The notes under the pieces were generated by a model. The model did not search any database and was not told where the DNA came from. It saw only the letters and a list, made by a program, of their open reading frames with translations. DNA of 64,000 nucleotides from Pseudomonadota bacterium. GTDB taxonomy: Bacteria > Bdellovibrionota_B > Oligoflexia > Silvanigrellales > Silvanigrellaceae. This document shows, in pieces, positions 47,675-57,667 of the stretch. The stretch spans positions 32,001-96,000 of the forward strand of contig JBDLRP010000034.1 in assembly GCA_039799905.1 (NCBI GenBank), in the 5' to 3' direction. Position numbers and translations under genes: made by a program. Numbering within the stretch: the stretch's first letter is position 1; each line of letters opens with the position of its first letter.

Positions 47675-48389
47675 GATTCCACTGCTGGAGCTGAAATCTG
47701 TCCATAAGTCTTATGAATTGGGTAAAACCATGACGCCTGCGTTGCGCGGTGTCGACCTGACGCTTCGCGCTGGTGATTTTACGGCTATTGTGGGGGCATC
47801 CGGCTCAGGCAAGAGCACTTTGTTGAACATGGTGGGTTGCATCGATCAACCGGACTCCGGTGAGGTGATGTTGCAAGGTCGTTCGGTTCTGAGTCTGAGC
47901 GACGATGAACGAAGTCGACTCAGAAACGAGAAGATCGGATTTATCTTTCAGACGTTCAATTTGATTCCCGTGCTGAGTGTCTTCGACAATATCGAGTTGC
48001 CGCTGACGATCCAGAAATCAGTCAGTACGGTCGCAAGGCGACAGCGTGTGCTGGAGGCTCTTGAACGAGTCGGTTTGCTTGAGTTTTCGAACCAGTTGCC
48101 GGATCGTCTTTCCGGTGGTCAGCGACAAAGGGTTGCCATAGCCCGCGCTCTGGTAACCCGGCCGAGTCTGGTTCTTGCAGATGAGCCAACTGCAAATCTC
48201 GATTCTGTCACCGCTCACAGGATCATTGATCTCATGCTGCAAATCAATGAACAAACTCAGGTGACATTTCTGTTTTCAACACACGACGAAAAACTGATGA
48301 GCCGGGTTAAAAACATCGTCAGGATTCAAGACGGACGAATAGTCGCTGGAGTTCATGCCGAAAATAATGCTTTGGTCAATGCATCCTGA
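47664..48389 (+). CDS. ABC transporter ATP-binding protein (LolD/MacB-like)
   Basis: GASGSGKST, LSGGQRQRVAIARAL, ADEPTANLD, STHD. Confidence 0.95.
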   Translation: MFGEIPLLELKSVHKSYELGKTMTPALRGVDLTLRAGDFTAIVGASGSGKSTLLNMVGCIDQPDSGEVMLQGRSVLSLSDDERSRLRNEKIGFIFQTFNLIPVLSVFDNIELPLTIQKSVSTVARRQRVLEALERVGLLEFSNQLPDRLSGGQRQRVAIARALVTRPSLVLADEPTANLDSVTAHRIIDLMLQINEQTQVTFLFSTHDEKLMSRVKNIVRIQDGRIVAGVHAENNALVNAS

Positions 48390-48397
48390 GGGGAGTC

Positions 48398-49171
48398 TTG
48401 ATGATGCCGAGCAGTGCGTTTTTTATTTTGGTCACAAAATTCTCGTTTGTTGCGGCTGCTTTATCTTCCCTGCCTGCTGAAGGCAAAGTGGATCAGGACT
48501 TTGTCAATGAATTGATGCGTGCTTCCGACCAATACCGCGGCGGGCTGAAGGTTGGTGTCACGTGGAATATCACAATTGACTCCATTGAAGACGACGAAAA
48601 GTCGACCTCTAAATACATGGTGCGCGCAAAGGCAATGAACGCACTTGCAGAGTGCCTCAATCCGCCTCGCTGCAAGGGGGAGATTTTTTTGTTCAACAAT
48701 CGCAATCTGTGGTTCCTGAAAAGCGGCGTCAAGAAACCGGTTTCCATATCACCACGCCAGCGGTTGAGCGGACAGGTTGCCAACGGCGATATTGCCGCGA
48801 CAAATTATGCGCGCGATTATCAGGCTGATTTTGAAAAGGAAGAGGATTTCTCTGGTCAGAGTGCGGTGGTTCTCTTGTTGAAGGCCAAAGAAAAAAACGT
48901 CACCTACGACCAAATCCGCTACTGGGTTGCAAAAAAAACGAAACTAGCTCTGAGAGCGGATTTTCTCACTCTGCAGGGCGAGGTGATTAAGTCGGCGACG
49001 TTTGAATATAAAAACAGTCTGGTCAGCGATGGTAAGAAAATTCCATTTGTCAGTTCAATGAAGATTAACGACGCAGCGTTTCCAAAAAACGTCACCACAA
49101 TAAAATACGAGTCGCCGAGGGAACAATTCCACGACGACTCGGTATTTAACATCAACAATGTGGGACGTTAG
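48398..49171 (+). CDS. Outer-membrane lipoprotein-sorting (LolA-like) protein
   Basis: ISPRQRLSGQVANGDIA, TYDQIRYWV; ABC cassette context. Confidence 0.75.
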   Translation: MMMPSSAFFILVTKFSFVAAALSSLPAEGKVDQDFVNELMRASDQYRGGLKVGVTWNITIDSIEDDEKSTSKYMVRAKAMNALAECLNPPRCKGEIFLFNNRNLWFLKSGVKKPVSISPRQRLSGQVANGDIAATNYARDYQADFEKEEDFSGQSAVVLLLKAKEKNVTYDQIRYWVAKKTKLALRADFLTLQGEVIKSATFEYKNSLVSDGKKIPFVSSMKINDAAFPKNVTTIKYESPREQFHDDSVFNINNVGR

Positions 49172-49180
49172 CGGTCAGCC

Positions 49181-50581
49181 TCAAAGTCCGATGGGCAGTT
49201 CAGGAACCCACAGAAGGGCCTCGTTTTCGGAAGGAATCACGCGCTCGTAAGGCGTTTCCATATCTGAAATGTCTTTATTCGCCTGTGCAATCGACTGAGC
49301 GACAGACATCGTTCTCGACAACTCGGCAGCACGCAGGGCGCGATCGCGGTTGACGATTCCTGATGATTTCACTTTGTCTGCGAGCCAGTCACGCTTGTCG
49401 ACTGTTCCCATGATGATCCGCTTGAGGTCGTAGACGCTCAGATCAGGATTTTCGTCTTTGATAGCACCTGCAACCTGTGTCACATAGGGTGCCGCCTGAC
49501 TGGTGCCGCTCAGAACAAGCTCACCGCCACCGGGTATTTCGGAGTTGATCCCGACACCTGGTGCAGCAACGTCGACCATCTGCCGGCCAAAGTTTGAAAA
49601 CGGCGCAAGCTTGCTGCGGCCAAGAGTTGCCGCGACCGTGATGCTGTTCGCCGCCCGTGCATTCGCCGGTGATGCCGGCTGAACGTCGTTGTCGGTTCCA
49701 TCGTTACCAGCTGCCATTACGAACAGCGTATTGGGCGCTAGCGCAACCCATTTGGTGGAGTTCTCGGCCATTTTGCCGACAAGGAATGCCGCATAGCGGT
49801 TGATTTCTTCGGCCGTCGGTTCGCGTCCGAAGAGTGCCTTGAGGATTGGCTTGACCAGATTGGAGGCCGCCGGGGTACTGATTCCGAGTGAGTAGTTTGC
49901 AACGTCGGTCTTCTTGTCGTCGAGATAAAGTGCGACCTTCACAAATTGCGCGCTCTGCAACTCTGCGAGTTTGCTGAGTCCGGCCTTCAGACCTGCGTCA
50001 CGGACCATGGGCCAGATAGTGTCCCAGACCTTATTGAGAAAACGCGCCGCGGCACGGGCATTGTCGCCCAATCCGTATGCGGAGTTTGGTGCGAGTGGGT
50101 TCTCGGTTGGAATGAGCTTCACGCCAATGAGCTCAGTGTCCATATTCTTACGCGCGCTGATACCCGCGACGTGCGTGCCATGAACAAAGTTGCCAAAGAT
50201 GGCGAGCTTTTTGCGGAATTCAGGTTTGTCGAGATTGTCTTTGAGCCAGGTCTTCTCGTCATCGGTGACGCTGCCTTCGATAATCTTCTTTTGGATTTCA
50301 AAAAACCGCGGAACTTCAATGGGGAAGGTATTCAGATACTTTGGGTCGAGGAGCAGGGGATTGTTCTCAACGAAGTTCCATCCATGAATGTCGTCGATGT
50401 AGCCGTCCTGTTCGTCGTCGAGGTTGTTCGCCGGAATTTCGCCTGGGTTGACCCAGATGCGGTTCGCGAAGTTGGGGTGTTTGACGTCGATACCAGAGTC
50501 CACGATGCCGATGTTCGCAGCCTGAGCGCTGACGGCTGCTGCTCCTAGGACAAGCGCAAGTGCGGAGGATAAAACTCTCAT
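49181..50581 (-). CDS. Secreted S8 subtilisin-like serine protease
   Basis: VDSGID, HGTHVAG, AAGND, GTSQAAP. Confidence 0.93.
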   Translation of the reverse strand: MRVLSSALALVLGAAAVSAQAANIGIVDSGIDVKHPNFANRIWVNPGEIPANNLDDEQDGYIDDIHGWNFVENNPLLLDPKYLNTFPIEVPRFFEIQKKIIEGSVTDDEKTWLKDNLDKPEFRKKLAIFGNFVHGTHVAGISARKNMDTELIGVKLIPTENPLAPNSAYGLGDNARAAARFLNKVWDTIWPMVRDAGLKAGLSKLAELQSAQFVKVALYLDDKKTDVANYSLGISTPAASNLVKPILKALFGREPTAEEINRYAAFLVGKMAENSTKWVALAPNTLFVMAAGNDGTDNDVQPASPANARAANSITVAATLGRSKLAPFSNFGRQMVDVAAPGVGINSEIPGGGELVLSGTSQAAPYVTQVAGAIKDENPDLSVYDLKRIIMGTVDKRDWLADKVKSSGIVNRDRALRAAELSRTMSVAQSIAQANKDISDMETPYERVIPSENEALLWVPELPIGL

Positions 50582-50777
50582 GGCGACTCCCTGTGAAGAG
50601 AACTGTGACGGTTATTGGTCTGCGAACATTATCAGCATGAGACAGATTGGCAAGCGCTGGCTCTGAGATTGTTGAAATGCCGCAAGACAATACAATCATT
50701 ACAATTAAATTAATTAGTTTTTGTTTCTTAAACTTGAACCGACATCTCGACAGCATCAAGTGCCGGGGGTTCTTTTG

Positions 50778-52874
50778 ATGTTTAACTTGAGGGATTCATT
50801 ATCATTGCTGTTTTTTAACAAAAAAAACCGGTCATCAAACGATTCGAAACCAGCAGGAGGAGTACGCGAGGGCGGTTACCTCCTCATTCTTTTCAGTATT
50901 TTGTCCTTTGCGCTGATTTCGTTCTACCTGCTGGGGCAGAAAACAGTTCAGCCCGAGCCGTTGAGTTTTTCCTATTTCGTCGAGCCGATCGGCCGAGAGA
51001 TGTCGGTCGGCGAGGCTGCCGAAAAACTGCGGGCTGGTGAGTTTAAACCTTATGACAAGAGCAAAGAGACTCTTGAACTTGGGTATATGCGGGAGGGGGT
51101 CTGGGTTCTCATGCGATTCTCGAATCCGCCTGAGAGCACAGTCGATCGGTTCGTGTTGCAATTGCGTCATACGTATATAAACGGATCTTTTACCCCCTTG
51201 GCTGTCACGACAGGCAACGGCGGATTTGCTCTTGGCGAAACCATTCCTTTCAACGACAAACTCTTGCCGAGTACACAAGGATTTTACGACATCCGTCACG
51301 TTTCTTTTCCGCTCAGCGTTCAACCCGCGGGAGAATTTCGCGCATTGGTGCGCCTGCGCGCCCACGTGATGAGTGTTCCATTTCTAGTTTTGAGCGAGCG
51401 TGAGTTTCTCAGCTCGATCATTCGGGAAATGGTAGTGATGGCTTCGTTTTTTGGAGGACTGATGTTGCTTGCAGTGTACAACCTCATGGTTGGTGCCGCA
51501 CGCAGGGAAGTTGAGTTCATTTTTTACGGATTCTACGTTTCATTCATCAGTCTGATGATTGCCGCCATCAACGGCAGCGGGCATATGTTTATTTGGCCGG
51601 ATTTACTTTGGCTTCACTATAATTCGGCAAATATTTTAACCAATCTGTGCTGCATCAGCTACCTCGCCTTCACACTGGCTTTGTTTCGCGGCGCTCCGAT
51701 GCAAGCGTGGGAGAGGGGTGTCTGGCGCGGTTTGCTCGGCGTCTGTTTTGCAGGATTGCTTCTTCAGGTTTTTGAGGGTGGTTTTTTCGCGTCAATACAG
51801 GCAAATCTGGCCGTACTTGCAACCCTATGTCTTTCGCTCGTGAGGGCCTGGAGGGTGAGGCCAGTGTTCGGACGACTTGCCAATCTGTTTCTCATTTCCG
51901 AGGGAATGCTTTTCATTGGTGCGGGTGTTTACTGCATTAAGATGTTCGGCTGGCTGCCCTCAACTCCTTTCACCATTAATATTGTTACGCTGGCCGCGAC
52001 TCTGGAGGGAATTCTATTGTCCTTCGTTCTATCTGAAAAAATGCGCAGGACGATGTCGGAAAAGGAACACGCGCTGGGGCAACTCGCCGAGGCACAGAAG
52101 CATCTGGAGGCAAGCGTTCGCGACCGTACGCTTGCGTTGGCCGCACGATATACCTCACACGAGGTGCTCAATCCGGTCTTTGCACTGCGATTGAAGGCCG
52201 AAAGAATACGCGATGAAATTTTGCTTGGTGCCAGCGAAGACGAAGTTCGCAACTTTCCCCCGGCGTCGTCGATTCTCAAGAAAGTCGGAGAAATGTTTCG
52301 GCTGATTGATTCAATTATCCATACGATCAGAGCTATCAAAACACTTTCCGGAGATGGTCTGCGGGAGGAGGTTCAGGCAGTCAGCATCGAGGCGGCACTC
52401 GACGATGCTCTTCGCATGCTCGAGGCAAAAACGCTGAGTGTTCGACCCGAGATTACCGCCGACTTTCAGAATGATGCGCGTGTATTTGCCCGGCGCAGTG
52501 ATGTCGTTCAAATTTTGATGAACCTCATCTCGAATTCCCTCGACGCCTTGGTGGAAAGCGAGCGGCCTTGGATAAAGGTCAACGCTCGTCTGGCGGTGAA
52601 CCAAAAGTCAGGTGAATCGAGTGTTTTGGAGATCAGCGTTTTGGACAGTGGTCAGGGGCCGCGCAAAGACATCCGTGACCAGCTTTTTAACGAAGGGGTC
52701 AGTACCAAGGACGCATCTCATGGGATGGGCTTGGGACTTGCCTTTTGTCAAAAACTTGCGCAGCGCAATGGTGGATTTGTCGGCTATGACGCTTCGCATC
52801 CGCAGACGAGATTTTTCTTTGTGCTTCCAGTTTTACTTGCAGACAGAGATGATCTCAGCCGACGTGCGGCCTGA
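50778..52874 (+). CDS. 7TM-DISM sensor histidine kinase
   Basis: DISMED2-like periplasmic region, about seven TMs, SHEVLNP H-box, QILMNLISNS, DSGQG, GMGLGL. Confidence 0.85.
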   Translation: MFNLRDSLSLLFFNKKNRSSNDSKPAGGVREGGYLLILFSILSFALISFYLLGQKTVQPEPLSFSYFVEPIGREMSVGEAAEKLRAGEFKPYDKSKETLELGYMREGVWVLMRFSNPPESTVDRFVLQLRHTYINGSFTPLAVTTGNGGFALGETIPFNDKLLPSTQGFYDIRHVSFPLSVQPAGEFRALVRLRAHVMSVPFLVLSEREFLSSIIREMVVMASFFGGLMLLAVYNLMVGAARREVEFIFYGFYVSFISLMIAAINGSGHMFIWPDLLWLHYNSANILTNLCCISYLAFTLALFRGAPMQAWERGVWRGLLGVCFAGLLLQVFEGGFFASIQANLAVLATLCLSLVRAWRVRPVFGRLANLFLISEGMLFIGAGVYCIKMFGWLPSTPFTINIVTLAATLEGILLSFVLSEKMRRTMSEKEHALGQLAEAQKHLEASVRDRTLALAARYTSHEVLNPVFALRLKAERIRDEILLGASEDEVRNFPPASSILKKVGEMFRLIDSIIHTIRAIKTLSGDGLREEVQAVSIEAALDDALRMLEAKTLSVRPEITADFQNDARVFARRSDVVQILMNLISNSLDALVESERPWIKVNARLAVNQKSGESSVLEISVLDSGQGPRKDIRDQLFNEGVSTKDASHGMGLGLAFCQKLAQRNGGFVGYDASHPQTRFFFVLPVLLADRDDLSRRAA

Positions 52875-52882
52875 TTCGCAGT

Positions 52883-54106
52883 TCAGAGGCGTCCTTTGAG
52901 CATCAGGTTCCAATACAAAATCGGCATAAGTGTTTTATTGAAATGCCAAAGTGCGCGGCCTGTGGAAAAAGGATCACCGTAGAAGCTTGGCAACAGTTTT
53001 CCGTCGTAACCAATTTCAGGATGCATCGCCTGACCAACTTCAGTGAAGATTGGACAGCAGGAGTAACCATTGTAGTGCGCAGGAAGGGGAACCTGTGCCC
53101 CTTTTCGGAACAGTGAGACAATATTTTGGGCAACAACGCTGGCCTGCGCACGCGCAGCAGAACCCGTCTTGAGGGTCGGCAGTCCAGCGGCGTCGCCGAG
53201 CCCGAAAATGTTTATGTAGCGGGCATGCTGGAGAGTCAGCGGATGAACTTCAAGCCAGTTTTTGAATTGCCCATCCGCATGATGCAAATTTGACTCGATG
53301 ATGAACTGCGGCGCTTTCATTTGTGGTGTGATGTTTGCAAAATCATACTTGACGCTTTTTATTTTCCGCTCTGCCGCCGCTTCAGTTCGTGCTGTCAGTA
53401 TCAGCTCCTGATTGCGAGTGTCTATTTGCGTGACCTCGTGTTCGTACAAAACGTCGATTCCACGGTTGCGGGTCAGGTGGTTGATTTTTTGCGAGAAGCC
53501 CGGGATCCCAAAGAGATGAGAATAAGGCGTAATAAAAATGAGACGGGTCACATCGCGTGCGCCAGACTTTCTCAATATATCATCAGTCATATAGAGCATC
53601 TTGAGCGGTGCCGATGGACATTTCATCGGGGTTGAGGGAATCGCAAAAACCATCGTTCCACCCAGAAACTGCCCCACCAACGCGGAGCATTTTTCCAATT
53701 GGTTCGGGTCATAAACCGAACAGACGGGATGACGTCTGTCGTGAAGGGCCTCGTTCAATCCGGAGATCGCCTCGACGTCGAGTGTCAGGCCTGGTGCTAC
53801 AACTAGAGCACGGTATTGGATCTTTTCGCCGCCACTGAGGCTCACCTGTCGTTGGTCTGCATCGATGATCGAGACGGCATCTCGGATCCACTCGCATCCT
53901 TCGGGAATCACCGCCGACATTGGACGCTGACTGCTCTTGGCGTCAGACAAGCCGCTTGCAACAAGTGAGAAAGCCGGCTGGAAATAGTGGCTTCCAGAGG
54001 GGTCAACGATGGCAATTTTCAGCACTCGCAGTTCGCGCTTGAGGCGCGCTGCGACAGTGATACCGGCTGTGCCTCCACCAATGATGACAACGTCAAACCC
54101 CTTCAT
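52883..54106 (-). CDS. Sulfide:quinone oxidoreductase-like FAD protein (type II-like)
   Basis: GGGTAG, HYFQP, KCPSAP, TLQH..Y.NIFGLGD, YNGYSCCP. Confidence 0.82.
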   Translation of the reverse strand: MKGFDVVIIGGGTAGITVAARLKRELRVLKIAIVDPSGSHYFQPAFSLVASGLSDAKSSQRPMSAVIPEGCEWIRDAVSIIDADQRQVSLSGGEKIQYRALVVAPGLTLDVEAISGLNEALHDRRHPVCSVYDPNQLEKCSALVGQFLGGTMVFAIPSTPMKCPSAPLKMLYMTDDILRKSGARDVTRLIFITPYSHLFGIPGFSQKINHLTRNRGIDVLYEHEVTQIDTRNQELILTARTEAAAERKIKSVKYDFANITPQMKAPQFIIESNLHHADGQFKNWLEVHPLTLQHARYINIFGLGDAAGLPTLKTGSAARAQASVVAQNIVSLFRKGAQVPLPAHYNGYSCCPIFTEVGQAMHPEIGYDGKLLPSFYGDPFSTGRALWHFNKTLMPILYWNLMLKGRL

Positions 54107-54292
54107 GATGCAATCCCCTCAAGTGTAGGGTTCGGTGTGGCAACAGGGCATAATAAATGAAGTTTTAATGTCCAGTTTTTCCCCCTATTTACGAGTTTCG
54201 TTTTGAGCCTGCCTTACTGCGGTTATTGTCACAAAAAAACCGTCAAGGTCGCCTCAACCGGCGGCGATACCTCCTTCACGCACGGAGGAAAT

Positions 54293-55153
54293 ATGAATTT
54301 TTCAAAACATGTTTTACTGAAGTATTTCTGCATTGCTGTCTCCTGTTCATCTCTTTTTGCGTGCAAGAAAAGCCCCGACAATACGGCTGAAAATGGCGAC
54401 GCAGACGTTGCCTTTGCTCCAGTTGCCGTCGGCGCAGCATATGGAGTCAGTGTCGCAGTTGAAGCCGCAGTCGCAGCTTCCGCTGTTTATGCAATTGACT
54501 GCACTCGTCCTGTCGCGGCCGGTGAAGTCCGTTTTTTTTGTGAGGGCGGTATGAAGTTAGGACAGGCTGCCGTCGGGCTTGTTGTCCGCTCAGTGCAGTC
54601 GCTGACCTCCGCACTCCACTGGTCAACGGCAAACGTTTTGGATTACCTCCGCACTTTGGCAGCGCTGAGGTCCAATACATTGTTGAAGTCAGCACTCATT
54701 GGCACATCGGCTCAATCGGGAATCGCGACAGCTAAAATTTCACCCGCGATTCCATCAGAAAGTGGCCGTAAGAATCTTGCATATGGCGTCAAGCAGTCGG
54801 TGCGGATTGAAGACAGGCAGAAGCGGACTTGCAATTACGTTGCCCAATATGAAGCTCGTCTGATGCCGCGCGACTATAAGGGGAATTGGATGAGCGGAAC
54901 TTCGATGCGTTTCTTCTCGAGAGCGCCTTCGGCAGAATCTGCAGAAGCCATGGCGTTGCATTTGTGCGAAGAATATTCAACGGTACATTTTAAAGTGGCA
55001 CCTGGTGTTGCAGGAATCCCACGCAACACAAACGCTTGCAGGAAGCCCAGCTCTTCGGGTGCGTACAAAGAAAAATACCGCACGGCTGATATTGCGTGTC
55101 CGGGAGTCAGGGCATGTTCCAGCGAGACGGATTGTTTTGATCTTCCATTGTGA
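54293..55153 (+). CDS. Hypothetical Cys-rich lipoprotein
   Basis: GGAGG RBS; lipobox LFAC; Ala/Val-rich hydrophobic segment. Confidence 0.6.
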   Translation: MNFSKHVLLKYFCIAVSCSSLFACKKSPDNTAENGDADVAFAPVAVGAAYGVSVAVEAAVAASAVYAIDCTRPVAAGEVRFFCEGGMKLGQAAVGLVVRSVQSLTSALHWSTANVLDYLRTLAALRSNTLLKSALIGTSAQSGIATAKISPAIPSESGRKNLAYGVKQSVRIEDRQKRTCNYVAQYEARLMPRDYKGNWMSGTSMRFFSRAPSAESAEAMALHLCEEYSTVHFKVAPGVAGIPRNTNACRKPSSSGAYKEKYRTADIACPGVRACSSETDCFDLPL

Positions 55154-55159
55154 AGGAGG

Positions 55160-56494
55160 TCAAGACCTTGGAATTTCGCCCGCATTAAACAACGCAAGCA
55201 TGGAAATGTCGTACGTCAGGTTGCTCCAGTCTGTGACACTCGAGGATACGACACGAGTGCTATTCGGTTTGGAGAGTATATTTTCGGCTTCAATGATGAT
55301 ATTTGCCGCATGAACAGAGGTCTGCAGACGCTCATAAAACTGATCTTCGGGCAAGTTTAGCTCGTTGAGTCTCCGCAAAATATTCTCGCTTGTGAAAAAT
55401 AAACCTGCACCCGCGGGAAGATTCTGTTGACTTTGCGCAGACCAGTCATGCGTTGTGCTGATTCGTAGGGCTGGCAGACGCGTCGGGTTGATTTTCCCTT
55501 TCACATCCGAAAGATTACCAAAAAGGAGCGGTGCCGGCATTCCGGCGCAATGCCACTTGGCAATGCCTGACTTGCGCGCGAGTTCGCCGATGGTGAAACA
55601 GATCTCGTCGTTTTCGGTCAGCAGATGGGCCAAGCTCGAGATACACTGTGAAAAATATTGGATGAGGTCAGAGAACGACGTCAGTGCAGATGTATGCTCA
55701 AAGAAGCGCAATTGCGCGGCTAAACTCGAAACCAAAGCAATTGTGCGTGACGATGAATGGTTGTTGTCGTTCGGGTTGATCTTCAAAAATATAAAGCGGT
55801 ACAACTCCAGGGTGGGATTGTGATGCAAAAATAAGTGTTCACTGGAATCATTGCTGCTGGGCATACTGAACCCTCGCAGGGTCTGGGCAAAAACAAACGG
55901 TGACTGCGCTTGGTAGATCGCGCCGCCTAGTCTTCTGCCAAGGACATTTTCAGCCTGTTTTTCCCACACCTCTTTGAACAGTATGTGTTCTTCACGCAGG
56001 CTCATGGCCTGAGTAACAGCGGTGCTGAATGCTTCAGTGACTTGCCCGACGATAGGTTGAGTGGCGGGAGAGGGTTGTTCCTTGTGATAGACCAATATTT
56101 CGATCGCGTGTTTGTGAAGTTCAAAGGGCACAATCACATGGGTTTTGAAGAGCTCTTCACGCGAGGTTTCCACCGGTCGCGTTTGGCTTGGCATCAGCAC
56201 CCGGTTTTGTAGTCGATAAAAAGCATCAATCTTGAACGTGGGGTCCGGCAACCAGAGATGCGAGACACTGACGTCGATGTGCAGATGCGCTGCAACTGGC
56301 TGAAGCTGGATGAGCCCCTGACAGATCGCATTTGTTGCGTGTCGTGCAAAGGTTTCAAAATTCATCGCCGGCGACAGATGTGAAAGATGTCGTGGCACCG
56401 AAGTGAAAGCCTTGAACCACGCATCCCATGGCACCACGACCTGACTTTCACTTTGTTTACCGAAGATTTCGCTGATAAGCGTTTTCATTTGCAC
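55160..56494 (-). CDS. Hypothetical protein with degenerate SpoIIE/PP2C-like C-terminal domain
   Basis: CAGMPAPLL, LPAL, AGLFFTSENI, DISML pattern. Confidence 0.5.
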   Translation of the reverse strand: MQMKTLISEIFGKQSESQVVVPWDAWFKAFTSVPRHLSHLSPAMNFETFARHATNAICQGLIQLQPVAAHLHIDVSVSHLWLPDPTFKIDAFYRLQNRVLMPSQTRPVETSREELFKTHVIVPFELHKHAIEILVYHKEQPSPATQPIVGQVTEAFSTAVTQAMSLREEHILFKEVWEKQAENVLGRRLGGAIYQAQSPFVFAQTLRGFSMPSSNDSSEHLFLHHNPTLELYRFIFLKINPNDNNHSSSRTIALVSSLAAQLRFFEHTSALTSFSDLIQYFSQCISSLAHLLTENDEICFTIGELARKSGIAKWHCAGMPAPLLFGNLSDVKGKINPTRLPALRISTTHDWSAQSQQNLPAGAGLFFTSENILRRLNELNLPEDQFYERLQTSVHAANIIIEAENILSKPNSTRVVSSSVTDWSNLTYDISMLALFNAGEIPRS

Positions 56495-56536
56495 CCTCGC
56501 TCAAGCCGATGCGGTCAACCGTTGTTGCTTCCCGGC

Positions 56537-57640
56537 TCATTCCTTCCGAGCTGTCGGAGACTCGGGCTGGGTATTCTCCGTTTCACTTCTGACCTCGGCC
56601 CAGACGGTATCAATTTGTTCGCTCGCCGCCCCCAAATCAGTGAGCAGCTCAAGTCGGCTTTCAACCTCTTTCGGTGGATAAATAGCGACGTTGCCAAGCT
56701 CGTCCGCAGGCAGCATGTCGCGGGCCGACTGGTTGGTGGTCGCGTAGTGGATTGACAGCGCGATGCGTTGGTTGACTTCGGGTGTCATTACAAAGTTGAT
56801 GAATTCTGCTGCGAGTGCGGCGTTGGGTGCCCCCGTCGGTATAGCAAGGTTGTCTACCCAAAGTGTTGCGCCGTCTTCGGGTATAACATAGCGCAGTTCG
56901 GGGTTGGTTTTCTGCATTTTGACAACGTCGCCGCTGTACGCCTGCGCCATCCAAAGGTCGCCGGAGGCAAGCAAATCTTTGTAACTCATTGTGTCAAATC
57001 GGCTGATCAGCGGCTTGAGAGCAATGACTTTTTGCTTGGCGAGGGAAAGCTCCTCACGGACGGTGGAATTGAGCGAGTGGCCGTTTGACTTGAGTGCCGC
57101 GCCCAAGACTTCGCGGGGGTCGTCGAGCAGACTGAGACGTTTTGCTGCGGGCTGTGTAAAAGCGGGGTCAAAAAACTCTTTCCACGTTTTTGGAGGATTG
57201 CTGATTTTTGCTGAGTTATATGCAAAACCAGTGGTTCCCCACATATAGGGAACGGTGTACTCCAGTTGCGGGTCATAGCCCACGCTGCGGAACTGCTCAG
57301 CCAGATGGGACAAATTCGGAATTTTTTCCTTCGGCAGTTTCATTAACAGATTTTCCTGCCGCATGGTGGTTATCATGTAGTCCGAGGGAACGATGACGTC
57401 GTAACCTCCGCCGCCCGCCTTGAGTTTTGAGATCATCACTTCATTGGAGGGAAAATTCTCTTCGATGACTTTGACCGAGTATTTTGTCTCGAACTCTTTG
57501 ATAATTCCTTTGTCAATGTAGTCGGTCCAGACGTACAAACGTAGTGTTTGCTTGGCTCCAGCCGAGTTGTTCTGCATGTAGGTCAGTGCTGCTACGGCCG
57601 CGATTCCGGCGCCGGCGGCAACTGTCAGTGTCTTCTTCAT
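56537..57640 (-). CDS. potD: Spermidine/putrescine ABC transporter substrate-binding protein
   Basis: WTDYI, SNE, YDVIVPSDYM, PYMWGTTG, WVDNLAIP. Confidence 0.9.
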   Translation of the reverse strand: MKKTLTVAAGAGIAAVAALTYMQNNSAGAKQTLRLYVWTDYIDKGIIKEFETKYSVKVIEENFPSNEVMISKLKAGGGGYDVIVPSDYMITTMRQENLLMKLPKEKIPNLSHLAEQFRSVGYDPQLEYTVPYMWGTTGFAYNSAKISNPPKTWKEFFDPAFTQPAAKRLSLLDDPREVLGAALKSNGHSLNSTVREELSLAKQKVIALKPLISRFDTMSYKDLLASGDLWMAQAYSGDVVKMQKTNPELRYVIPEDGATLWVDNLAIPTGAPNAALAAEFINFVMTPEVNQRIALSIHYATTNQSARDMLPADELGNVAIYPPKEVESRLELLTDLGAASEQIDTVWAEVRSETENTQPESPTARKE

Positions 57641-57667
57641 TGCAAATCCCTTTCAGCGTGAATTCAC

